The position numbers and the translations under genes are program-made. Below, piece after piece: positions 1 through 8,364 of a stretch of 50,439 nt of DNA. Each line of letters begins with the position of its first letter. Position 1 is the first letter of the stretch. This stretch comes from Candidatus Woesearchaeota archaeon CG07_land_8_20_14_0_80_44_23 (GTDB taxonomy: Archaea; Nanobdellota; Nanobdellia; Woesearchaeales; 0-14-0-80-44-23), in contig PEXD01000070.1 in the NCBI GenBank assembly GCA_002779235.1, positions 1 through 50,439 of the forward strand. The letters run 5' to 3'. The notes under the pieces are model-generated. The model saw only the letters and a program-made list of their open reading frames with translations, had not been told where the DNA came from and did not search any database.

Positions 1-47
1 AAAATTCAAAAAGATTAAATATTAAGGAAGAAACACTGTCAGCAGGG

Positions 48-1037
48 GTGGTGTCAATGGAACATTTTTCAAAAAAGTTCTCTGTGGCTGACTTGAAAGA
101 GGGCATGGTAGTTGATGATATATTCTTCGTGAAGTTCAAGAAGGGGATGGCCGAGTATGCCAAGGGATTCTCATTCGAGCTGACGCTCTCGGATGCGAGC
201 GGAAAGAACATAGAATACAAGTATTGGGGCGGCAAAAGCGAGAGGGAAGTCAAGGCGCTCTATGGTTCCATAAAGGCGGACTCCATTGTGAAGGTGCAGG
301 GCAAGGTCTCAACATACAAGGACAGGCTCCAGCTCGCTACAAACGAACCCATGACAATAACTGTGCTGAAGCCGAGTCAGTATGACTCATCTGAATTTGT
401 GAAGGGGCCGAGAAAGAATATTGACAAGATGTACGAGCGGCTGCTCTCCCTTGCCTTGTCTGTGAAAAACCAGGGGTTGAGGGCTGTCCTGAAAAGCACG
501 TTTGAGGATAAGGAGATTTCGGAAAAGTTCAGGCTTCATCCCGGAACAATTGAGATACACCACAACTGGATAAGCGGGCTTCTTGAGCACACACTTGAGG
601 TTGCAGAGCTGTGCCTTAAATGCCAGGAGCTTTATCCTGACCTGGACAGGGACCTCCTGATTGCTGGCTCCCTTCTTCACGATATCGGAAAGCTTGAAGA
701 GATTGAGGTTACCTCAAGGATAAGGGGCACCACAAAAGGGCAGCTTTACAGCCACCTGATTCTGAGCACTATTTTTGTGGAGAAGAAATGCGAAGAAGTT
801 GGGCTTGATGAAAAGACAAAGGAGAAACTCCTTCACATAATCATAAGCCACCACGGAAAGCTTGAGTATGGGGCTCCAAAGGAGCCGATGTTCCCTGAGG
901 CAGTTGCAGTATACTATGCCGATGAATTGAGCTCAAAGCTTGCAGAAATGACAGAGTTCATAAACAGCTCAAAGACAGATACAGAGGACGACTTCATGTT
1001 TCACAAGCGCTCCCAGAAAAACATATTCCTGAGATAA
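48..1037 (+). CDS. OB-fold + HD-domain 3'-5' exoribonuclease (YhaM/Cbf1-like)
   Basis: 329-aa ORF with an N-terminal OB-like region and HD-domain motifs (HHNW, LLHDIGK, SHHG). The start is GTG 48 or ATG 57; a GGGGTGGTG SD-like run precedes ATG 57. An AT-rich TATA-like box lies at about 13-27. Confidence 0.7.
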   Translation: MVSMEHFSKKFSVADLKEGMVVDDIFFVKFKKGMAEYAKGFSFELTLSDASGKNIEYKYWGGKSEREVKALYGSIKADSIVKVQGKVSTYKDRLQLATNEPMTITVLKPSQYDSSEFVKGPRKNIDKMYERLLSLALSVKNQGLRAVLKSTFEDKEISEKFRLHPGTIEIHHNWISGLLEHTLEVAELCLKCQELYPDLDRDLLIAGSLLHDIGKLEEIEVTSRIRGTTKGQLYSHLILSTIFVEKKCEEVGLDEKTKEKLLHIIISHHGKLEYGAPKEPMFPEAVAVYYADELSSKLAEMTEFINSSKTDTEDDFMFHKRSQKNIFLR

Positions 1038-1073
1038 AAAACATATTTTATTATTTATTTTATTATTCTGTCT

Positions 1074-2027
1074 CTATCTTAGCATTCCCTTGATTATTGC
1101 ATCCACTGCCTCTTTTCGCGATAAGCCGTGGCTCAAAAGGGTTTCAAGCTGCTTCTTGTCCACAGAGCCTATTGCAGCCTCATGAGTGACTCTTGCAGTC
1201 TCATCTGAAACAGAAACAATTGGAGTTGCCTTTGCTTTTGCATTTCCGGATACAATCTCAATGCAGTCCACATGCCCTCTCACATACGGAGCGTTTCCTT
1301 CTGTTACATTGTAGACTTCGCTGGTTGCATTATCCTTTATCCCGGCTCTTGTCTTTATCACGCTTCTTGCATTTCTTCCAGAGAGTATTGCCTCTTCTCT
1401 TATCTTTATTTTATCATTGCTTTTCCCGAATACCTTCGCATTCATCTCAACAATGCTGTCTTTTCCGCAGTCAGCATGATAGTTGATGTCAAGTTTTCCC
1501 ACTCTTCCAATAACTAATGAGAATAATGTATTGAATGATGCTTTTTCCCCAACAAACACTTTTATCTTGGGAACAACCTCAATTCCACCAAATGTTCCGT
1601 GGAAATGGGTTTCATTATATGTTAAGGACGCCCCTTTTCCAATATGAAACTCTCCGTCCATAAGATGCTTTACTTTCACTGCATTTGGGAATGTGCAGTG
1701 GGCGAGTATCTCTGCAGATGAATTTTCCTGAAGGTAAGCCCTCATTTTTATCATCTGAATCCCGCTTTTTGGGATAATTCCAAAGCACAGATGAATCGGG
1801 TTTTTGAGATGAACTCCCTTAAGGACAGTCATCTTTACGTCAACGCCGTTTTTTGTCTGCTTTGCATCAACAACAAGTCCTTCCACTGGATTCATTGAGA
1901 GGATTTTGTTCTCCTTTACAAACAGGAAAGCAGTGTTCTTGTTCTTCATGAAGTTGGGGTTTCCCCCTGCTTTCTTGTATGCGTTCATTAAAAGCGCAAA
2001 ATCATTCAGGTAGTCCAATTGAGCCAC
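1074..2027 (-). CDS. sufB: SufB/SufD-family Fe-S assembly scaffold (compact, 317 aa)
   Basis: The C-terminal signature ARVTHEAAIGSVDKKQLETLLSHGLSRKEAVDAIIKGML is typical of SufB/SufD. It overlaps the sufC stop by 26 nt. It is the only SufB/D-type gene in the window. Confidence 0.8.
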   Translation of the reverse strand: MAQLDYLNDFALLMNAYKKAGGNPNFMKNKNTAFLFVKENKILSMNPVEGLVVDAKQTKNGVDVKMTVLKGVHLKNPIHLCFGIIPKSGIQMIKMRAYLQENSSAEILAHCTFPNAVKVKHLMDGEFHIGKGASLTYNETHFHGTFGGIEVVPKIKVFVGEKASFNTLFSLVIGRVGKLDINYHADCGKDSIVEMNAKVFGKSNDKIKIREEAILSGRNARSVIKTRAGIKDNATSEVYNVTEGNAPYVRGHVDCIEIVSGNAKAKATPIVSVSDETARVTHEAAIGSVDKKQLETLLSHGLSRKEAVDAIIKGMLR

Positions 2028-2757
2028 CTCCGAAATCAGGATTTAATTTTTTAGTTATATCCCCTATGCTACATGGTGCGCATTTTCTTTTAAAATAATT
2101 GGAGATTTCAATGCTTTTACCCACCCTTGCAACACAACCGCCGCACATCAGCATTGTCCTATCTGCATGCCTTGCAACTTCTTCCCTGTGAGTTATTAGT
2201 ATGACGCTTGTGCCCGCTTTTTTCATCATCTTCATAACCTTGATTAAATCCTCAAGCGAAACAAAATCAATTCCTGAGTCAGGCTCGTCAAGTATTGCAA
2301 GCTTCGGCTTAAGAGTGAGCATTGATGCAAGCTCAACCCTTTTTCTTTCCCCTCCGCTAAGAGTTGAGTTGATTTCCCGGTCCAGGTATTTGTCAGGGGG
2401 AAGCATTACAAGCGAGAGAGCTTTCTCAGGCGGAATCTTTGCGTTTATTGAAAGGTAATCCCGAACAGTCAGCCCCTCAAACCTTGCAGGCTCCTGCCAG
2501 GCGAGAGAGATTCCCATCCTCGCTCTTTCAGTGATTCCCTTTTTTGAGATGTCTTTCCTGCAGAATATTATTTTTCCAGAGTCCTGCCTTTTTATTCCCA
2601 TAAGAATTGATGCAAGAGTGGACTTGCCTGAACCATTTGGGCCTACAATGCAGAAAATCTCTGATTTTTTTATCTCAAGCGATACTCCTTTCAGTATCTC
2701 GTTCTCTTCCCTTTCGAACTTAATATTTTCAGCGTAAAAAAGCGTGTTTTTTGCCAT
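2002..2757 (-). CDS. sufC: SufC-type ABC ATPase of Fe-S assembly
   Basis: Walker A GPNGSGKST, ABC signature LSGGERKR, Walker B ILDEPDSGID and H-loop ITH. It sits adjacent to the SufBD gene. The C-terminal tail is unusually Cys-rich (CGGC, CAPC). Confidence 0.9.
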   Translation of the reverse strand: MAKNTLFYAENIKFEREENEILKGVSLEIKKSEIFCIVGPNGSGKSTLASILMGIKRQDSGKIIFCRKDISKKGITERARMGISLAWQEPARFEGLTVRDYLSINAKIPPEKALSLVMLPPDKYLDREINSTLSGGERKRVELASMLTLKPKLAILDEPDSGIDFVSLEDLIKVMKMMKKAGTSVILITHREEVARHADRTMLMCGGCVARVGKSIEISNYFKRKCAPCSIGDITKKLNPDFGGGSIGLPE

Positions 2758-2796
2758 TTTTATCTGTGCCTGACAATGATTAAGCAGAGAGGAGGG

Positions 2797-4452
2797 TTAT
2801 TTTCTGTTCAGATTTCCTTCTGCATGCGCCTTTTCCTCTGCCTTAACCCAGTCACCGTATTTCTCCTCAACAAATTCCTTCTCTTTTTGGATGCGCTCAT
2901 GCTTTTCCTGAAGCTCTTTTGGAATTACTCTCTTGTTTTTTGAGTAATAATCGTATACTGCTTCCACGAGCGCGTCGCTGGCCAGCACTGAGCAGTGTAT
3001 CTTTATTGGCGGAAGCCCGCCTAAAGAGTCTATTATCTCACTCTTGTTTATTTTATATGCCTCTTCAAGTGTTTTTCCTTTTGCAAGGTCAGTTATAACG
3101 CTGCTTGTTGCAATTGCAGCAACGCAGCCGAAGGTCTCAAATTTGATGTCAGTGATTATTTCTTCTCCCTTCTTGTTTTTTCCGACTTTTATATAGAGCC
3201 ACATTACGTCGCCGCAATTGTGAAGTGCAAATGCTTCAGAAGTGAAAGAATGCGCATCTTGAACTTCCAGATTATAAACTTTTCCTGCGTATGGCTGAGT
3301 CGCAATTCCTGTTATTGGCATGTAAAGATAATTGTTATCAAACCACGCCTTTTCAGATGGATATGACTTTGGCTTATACTTGATATTAAGAATCGAACAT
3401 AATCTTATCAATGAATCTCTTTGCCCCACATGAATTCTATAAGCTCTTTTATGTTTAATGCCTCTGACCTTTCTTTCCGGCTCTTTATAGATAGAAGGAG
3501 CAATCTTCTGTCTCAGAAGCAATATTTTTAGTTGTTGAGCTAGATTATAAGAAATTGTAGAATATCCTGCCCTCGCTCCGTCTCTATTTAAATTGACATA
3601 ACCATCACCTTTCCATAGCCCATAAATCAGGGATTTTTGCTTTTCAACAGGGAGATTCATAATAAAATCAGGAATCGCTTTATTTGCTGCTCCATTTCCA
3701 AACAATTTTTTGAAAAATCTTGCCAGTTTCGCGCTATACAGAGTTACTACAGCCGTTTTTCTTTTAGGAATTTCTCTGACAATCGCATCTAAACCAAACA
3801 GTTTTTTTGATATTTTTGTTATGTCTTCGACAATATCCTTCTCTTTTATATTTAGCGTGAATGAAATAAAAGTGCTGGAGGGTTTATCCTGAATGTTTCC
3901 TTCTGCCAAAAAATAGCCGAATAATCTCAACAAATCAGAATTAACAGGTATTTTTTCAGGGAGTTCTTTGCTCTTGAAGTCCCATTTTGGCTTTGGAATG
4001 TCAATCTTTATGTATTGCACATTTTTTTCTGCCTTTAGAATCGGATACAAGACAATATCTCCTTTTTTTAGCTGATAAGCATGATACCAGGCAGATGTTA
4101 ATTTTTTTCTGTATCTTGTTCTTAAAAAATTGTCTCCTTTAGGAATTTTTATTGCTAATACAAGATGTTCTGGCGTTAGATTAATTGTTCCCAATTTGTT
4201 TTTAATACATATTATTTCCGCTTTGTAATTCCTCTTTACAATTCTATTTACATTATGATATTGTCCGTCGTAAGATAAAACTTTATTCTTCTGTGAAATT
4301 TCATCAATGTCTTTTAAGTCATTGTTGATATGAATCTTTTGATTTGGCGGTAAGCATACGACATTACCCACTTTTCCCGTGCCATCAGGATTTTCCATCC
4401 TGCCATAATTATGCGGGCTCTTGAAGTGTTCCATAACTTTTTCTGTATACAT
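2797..4452 (-). CDS. iscU: IscU/NifU-type Fe-S scaffold precursor interrupted by an intein
   Basis: The exteins (aa 1-32 + 413-551) read MYTEKVMEHFKSPHNYGRMENPDGTGKVGNVV | CGDVMWLYIKV...FGCVAAIATSS...IKIHCSVLASDA. This is a contiguous IscU with its three conserved Cys residues. Confidence 0.9.
   Translation of the reverse strand: MYTEKVMEHFKSPHNYGRMENPDGTGKVGNVVCLPPNQKIHINNDLKDIDEISQKNKVLSYDGQYHNVNRIVKRNYKAEIICIKNKLGTINLTPEHLVLAIKIPKGDNFLRTRYRKKLTSAWYHAYQLKKGDIVLYPILKAEKNVQYIKIDIPKPKWDFKSKELPEKIPVNSDLLRLFGYFLAEGNIQDKPSSTFISFTLNIKEKDIVEDITKISKKLFGLDAIVREIPKRKTAVVTLYSAKLARFFKKLFGNGAANKAIPDFIMNLPVEKQKSLIYGLWKGDGYVNLNRDGARAGYSTISYNLAQQLKILLLRQKIAPSIYKEPERKVRGIKHKRAYRIHVGQRDSLIRLCSILNIKYKPKSYPSEKAWFDNNYLYMPITGIATQPYAGKVYNLEVQDAHSFTSEAFALHNCGDVMWLYIKVGKNKKGEEIITDIKFETFGCVAAIATSSVITDLAKGKTLEEAYKINKSEIIDSLGGLPPIKIHCSVLASDALVEAVYDYYSKNKRVIPKELQEKHERIQKEKEFVEEKYGDWVKAEEKAHAEGNLNRK
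3217..4356 (-). mobile_element. Full-length intein (380 aa) with LAGLIDADG homing-endonuclease domain
   Basis: It starts with Cys (CLPPNQ). Block B is LTPEHLV. It has two LAGLIDADG motifs (LFGYFLAEGNI, LIYGLWKGDGYV). It ends ...FALHN and is followed by a +1 Cys. The insert is visibly more AT-rich than the exteins. Confidence 0.85.
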
Positions 4453-4478
4453 CTTAATCCTCCTTTTTTCATTATCTA

Positions 4479-5690
4479 TTAATTTTTAAATGGGGAGATT
4501 CTTCTCAGCTGCTCTATAATTCTTGGAACTGCTTCCAGGACATGCTGAATATCTTCTTCTGTTGTGAATCTGCCTATTGTCAGGCGCAATGAGCCGTGGG
4601 CTTCCTTGGGCTGAAGTCCGCAGGCGAGCAGGACATGGGAGGGCTCAAGCTTTGGCGAGGAGCATGCAGAAGCGGTTGAGGCAGCAATCCCTTCTGCATC
4701 CAGAGACATCATGATTGACTCTCCTTCTACAAAATCGAACCTGAGATTTGCATTGTTAGGCAATCTGTCCTTTGGGTGGCCATTCAGATGAGAGTTTGGA
4801 ACCCTTTCAAGAATGCCCTTTATCAAAATGTCTCTCAGCCCTTTCTGGCGCTCTGACTCATCTTTCATTTCTGCAAGGCAAATCTCAACCGCCTTTGCGA
4901 ATCCAACAATTGCAGCAACATTGACTGTGGAGGACCTCAAACCAAACTCATGCCCTCCCCCATGCAGAATCGGCTCTATTTCAGTGCCTTCTTTCACATA
5001 GAGAAGGGCTGCGCCCTTTGGCCCGTACATTTTGTGGGAAGATGCTGTAAGCAAATCAATGTGCATATCATTCACATTTATGGGAATCTTTCCAAATGTC
5101 TGGGCTGCATCTGTGTGGAAATAAACCCCTTTTTCCCTGCATATCTTTCCAATCTCTGAAATCGGCTCTATTGTTCCAATCTCATTATTGGCGTGCATCA
5201 CTGAAACCAGGATTGTATTTTTCTTTATTGCTTTTTTGACATCTTCTGGATTTACCATGCCATACTTATCGACAGGCAGCATTGTTATTTCAAAGCCCTG
5301 GCTTTCAAGCCATTTTGCGCTGTTAAGCACGCAGTCATGCTCTATTGAGGATATTATTATGTGATTTCCTCTTTCCTTGTTCGCAAATGCGATTCCCTTT
5401 AAAGCCAGATTGTTGCTCTCTGTGGCTGATGCAGTAAATATTATCTCTTTTTGCTTTGCGCCCAGCGCATTTGCAATTGTGGCTCTGCTGCTCTCAAGCG
5501 CCTCATAGGCTTCCCTGCCAAAGCTGTGCAGTGAAGAGGAATTTCCGAACTTTTCAGTGAGATAGGGAAGCGTTGCTTTCTCTACTCTGGGATCAACAGG
5601 AGTAGTAGCAGCATAATCCATGTATGTTCTTTTGAAACTCACACTGCTGGAGTTCCTGTTTGATTTTTTTTCTGAATTTTTCATTTGCAT
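4479..5690 (-). CDS. iscS: Cysteine desulfurase (IscS/NifS class V aminotransferase)
   Basis: PLP-lysine motif SSHKMYGPKG, active-site loop SACSS, and MDYAATTP near the N-terminus. GGAGGT lies just upstream, so the third-codon ATG (5684) is the best-spaced start. It overlaps the stop of the upstream HTH gene. Confidence 0.9.
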   Translation of the reverse strand: MQMKNSEKKSNRNSSSVSFKRTYMDYAATTPVDPRVEKATLPYLTEKFGNSSSLHSFGREAYEALESSRATIANALGAKQKEIIFTASATESNNLALKGIAFANKERGNHIIISSIEHDCVLNSAKWLESQGFEITMLPVDKYGMVNPEDVKKAIKKNTILVSVMHANNEIGTIEPISEIGKICREKGVYFHTDAAQTFGKIPINVNDMHIDLLTASSHKMYGPKGAALLYVKEGTEIEPILHGGGHEFGLRSSTVNVAAIVGFAKAVEICLAEMKDESERQKGLRDILIKGILERVPNSHLNGHPKDRLPNNANLRFDFVEGESIMMSLDAEGIAASTASACSSPKLEPSHVLLACGLQPKEAHGSLRLTIGRFTTEEDIQHVLEAVPRIIEQLRRISPFKN

Positions 5691-6052
5691 ACCTCCTCGC
5701 AGACTTTGCAGCCCTTTGGCTTTTTATCATCAATCTTGTGGAATTTGCAGAGCAGCATTCTGCTTCTGAACATATAGCATAAAGCACAGATCTGTTGAAT
5801 AACCACATATTCTTTTTTTGACGTTGCAATCTCCTTGGCGGCTTTTCTTATTTCATTTTTAAGTTCTTTGCTGAATTTCATGTCACTTCCGCGCTTATTT
5901 TTAAAATACTGGGAAACAGCCGCCTCTGTTATTCCAAGCTTCTCTGCAGCCATTCTCTGGTTCAGGTGCATATCCTCAACCATGCTTCTGGCAATCTCTT
6001 TTCGGAATGCTGGCAAGGCGTGCCATACCACCAATTCGCAAGGAACCTTCAT
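5681..6052 (-). CDS. Small HTH transcription regulator with a 6-Cys C-terminal domain
   Basis: The N-terminal HTH reads NQRMAAEKLGITEAAVSQYFKNKRG. The C-terminus ICALCYMFRSRMLLCKFHKIDDKKPKGCKVCEEVCK contains 6 Cys. It is the first gene of the Fe-S operon. Confidence 0.65.
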   Translation of the reverse strand: MKVPCELVVWHALPAFRKEIARSMVEDMHLNQRMAAEKLGITEAAVSQYFKNKRGSDMKFSKELKNEIRKAAKEIATSKKEYVVIQQICALCYMFRSRMLLCKFHKIDDKKPKGCKVCEEVCK

Positions 6053-6077
6053 TTTAGAATACTTAACAATTGTTAAA

Positions 6078-6086
6078 TTATATAAA
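6078..6086 (-). promoter_or_regulatory. TATA box (TTTATATAA on minus strand) for the HTH/Fe-S operon
   Basis: The box is centred about 30 nt upstream of the ATG at 6052. The same box type recurs at about -26 of many genes in this window. Confidence 0.5.
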
Positions 6087-6118
6087 TCTTTCGGAATTTC
6101 TGATAAAAGTATAGAGTG

Positions 6119-6628
6119 CTAGGGCTGTTTTTTGCATATCTGCAAATAAGGCAGCACCTTTCCCGAATCAGGTTCATACACATAAAAGTCAGCCGGCTCT
6201 CCTGATTTTGTGTAGCCGGAAAATGAGCAAAGCGAGAACGGGGCTGAGATTATCAGGTGGAAGAGCCCGTTTCCTGAAAAAAATCTCAGGTCTGCAGAGG
6301 AGGGCCTTCCAGAGGGGCCGGGGTGGCTGTGCACGCTCCCGATTGCCTCTGGCAAAGGGAAGAATACGCTTCTGATAAGCGCTGAATTGCTGTCAGAGGC
6401 ATAGTGCTGGTAGATTATCGCCTCAATGTAAAGCACTCTGTTCTTCACACTGCCTGAGAGAAGCGCCACAAACTCTTTGGAAACATTTGCCTTTGCAAAG
6501 TCAACTGCGTTTTCAAGCACTGGCTTGTGGATTATGACCTTGTCAAAATCATACCTGTCAAGCCCAAGCATCTTTGAAACGGCATTTTCTATCTTTGAGT
6601 CAGCCATGGGGCGTCTATTGCTGTCCAT
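6119..6628 (-). CDS. JAB/MPN (JAMM) domain metalloprotein
   Basis: JAMM motif HSHPGPSGRPSSAD. The ORF-track N-terminus (to 6745) overlaps nop5, so the internal ATGs at 6628 or 6607 are more plausible starts. Confidence 0.7.
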   Translation of the reverse strand: MDSNRRPMADSKIENAVSKMLGLDRYDFDKVIIHKPVLENAVDFAKANVSKEFVALLSGSVKNRVLYIEAIIYQHYASDSNSALIRSVFFPLPEAIGSVHSHPGPSGRPSSADLRFFSGNGLFHLIISAPFSLCSFSGYTKSGEPADFYVYEPDSGKVLPYLQICKKQP

Positions 6629-6659
6629 ATTAAAAATCTTATGAATAATGTGCATTTCA

Positions 6660-6677
6660 TTAAAAAGTTTTAAAAAG
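6660..6677. promoter_or_regulatory. Divergent promoter region, two TTAAAAAG boxes
   Basis: TTAAAAAG occurs twice, 10 nt apart. The second copy is centred about 27 nt upstream of the nop5 ATG (6700). The first, on the opposite strand, faces the JAB gene. Confidence 0.4.
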
Positions 6678-6699
6678 TCCCCTGAAAACATTAAGCGCA

Positions 6700-7659
6700 A
6701 TGGCAAGGCATTACATATTTTCAAGCTGCATCGGGAGCTTTGCATTTAGCCCTGAGTTCGCTGTTGAGGAATTCCTGCCTGCTGTGAACTGCAGGAAGAA
6801 TTCAGAATTGATATTAGAGGGCTCTGCAACTGATGAGGACAAAAAGCTTTACAAAAGGTTTCCCGGCTCAGTGATAGTCAGGGCAGCTGGAAAGGTAAAT
6901 GAATTTGAGTCAAGCTCTGAAAAAGTTCTTGTTACGGGCTCACTTTCTGCGATAAAGGACAAAAAATATATGAACCTGTTCAGGAATGCGGACATAGCAA
7001 TTGCTAAGAAGGCGCTTTCAGAAATAATTTCTCCAGACCTGCTTATAATACAGGCGGTAAATGCCATTACAGAACTATCAAAATCAGCCAATCTTCTCTC
7101 AAAGCGGCTGCGCGAGTGGTATGAGCTTTACAACCCCGAGATTTCAAGGAAAATCGAAGACCATTATGCCTTCGCAAGGATTGTCTCTGAAAAAACAAAA
7201 ACAGAAATCCTTGCTGAGCTCGGAATAAACAAGGAAGATTCAATGGGCGGAAATATTTCAGCTGAAGAAACTGAGTCAATAATTTCTTTATCAAAAGAGA
7301 TATGCAATTTATTTTCTGAAATTGAAAGGCAGGGGCAGTTCCTTGATTCTGCCATGAGAAAGTGCTGCCCGAAGCTTACTGAAGCGGTTGGGTATATGAT
7401 AGGCGGAAAGCTTGTGTATCTTGCAGGCGGATTAAAGAATCTTGCTGAAATGCCTTCTTCAAAAGTCCAGGTGCTGGGGGCAGAAAAAGCGCTTTTCAGG
7501 CACTTGAAAACAGGGGCAAAGCCCCCAAAATACGGCGTGATATCCCAGCACCAGGAGATTGCTGCTGCTGGAAAGGATGACAAGGGAAAGGCGGCAAGGA
7601 AGATTGCGGCAAGGGCGAGCATAGCTGCAAGGATTGATTTTTTCAGAAAGGGGAAATGA
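6700..7659 (+). CDS. nop5: Nop5 (Nop56/58) C/D-box RNP core protein
   Basis: NOSIC/Nop-domain motifs LREWYELYNPE and LGAEKALFRHLKTGAKPPKYGVISQH. Its stop overlaps the fibrillarin start. Confidence 0.9.
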   Translation: MARHYIFSSCIGSFAFSPEFAVEEFLPAVNCRKNSELILEGSATDEDKKLYKRFPGSVIVRAAGKVNEFESSSEKVLVTGSLSAIKDKKYMNLFRNADIAIAKKALSEIISPDLLIIQAVNAITELSKSANLLSKRLREWYELYNPEISRKIEDHYAFARIVSEKTKTEILAELGINKEDSMGGNISAEETESIISLSKEICNLFSEIERQGQFLDSAMRKCCPKLTEAVGYMIGGKLVYLAGGLKNLAEMPSSKVQVLGAEKALFRHLKTGAKPPKYGVISQHQEIAAAGKDDKGKAARKIAARASIAARIDFFRKGK

Positions 7660-8336
7660 AGATGCAGGTAAAAAATTCAAAGTTCTATGAGGTTTTTGAG
7701 ACAGAAGGAAGAACCAGGAAAATTCTTACAAAAAATCTTGTTCCTGGAAAGAGCGTTTACGGAGAGCATCTTGTTAGTTCAGGCAATTTTGAATATAGGG
7801 AATGGGACCCTACAAGGAGCAAGCTTTGTGCATTCATAATGAAAGGCGCTGACCAAATTTGCTTAAAGCCGAATGATATTGTGCTTTATCTTGGGGCTGC
7901 ATCTGGGACAACAGCCAGCCATGTTTCTGACATTGTTGGAAAAGACGGATTTGTTTTTGCAGTTGATTTTGCCCAGAGAGTTGTAAGAGATTTGATTTTC
8001 CTCTCAGAAGCAAGGCCCAACATTGCGCCTATACTCGCAGACGCCAATCATCCTGAATCATACGCTTATCTCGTCACAGGAGTTGATTTTCTCTACCAGG
8101 ATATCGCGCAGCCGAACCAGGCTGAGATATTCCTGAAGAACATTGATATTTTCCTTAAGCATGGCGGGTTTGCAATGCTTGCGCTGAAGGCGAGAAGCGT
8201 AGATGTGACCAGGAAGCCGAAAGAGATATTTGAGATAGTGAGAAGGCAGCTTTCCGAGAGATTGACAGTAATTGATGCGAGGGAGCTTGGCCCCTTTGAA
8301 AGGGACCACTGCATGTTCCTCTGCAAGAAAAAATGA
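7656..8336 (+). CDS. flpA: Fibrillarin rRNA/tRNA 2'-O-methyltransferase
   Basis: YREWDPTRSKLCA and SAM-binding LYLGAASGTTASHVSDIV. It forms the classic nop5-flpA pair. Confidence 0.92.
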   Translation: MKMQVKNSKFYEVFETEGRTRKILTKNLVPGKSVYGEHLVSSGNFEYREWDPTRSKLCAFIMKGADQICLKPNDIVLYLGAASGTTASHVSDIVGKDGFVFAVDFAQRVVRDLIFLSEARPNIAPILADANHPESYAYLVTGVDFLYQDIAQPNQAEIFLKNIDIFLKHGGFAMLALKARSVDVTRKPKEIFEIVRRQLSERLTVIDARELGPFERDHCMFLCKKK

Positions 8337-8364
8337 GTTGTCTAAAACTTTGCGGGGTGGTGAG

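Noticed and set aside
6629-6745. N-terminal extension of the JAB/MPN ORF (and similar extensions at 12755, 17981, 22225, 43173, 50308, 29545)
   Set aside because: The extensions overlap neighbouring genes or divergent promoters. Internal ATGs have TATA boxes at about -26 or good SD sequences, and the extensions carry no domain sequence.
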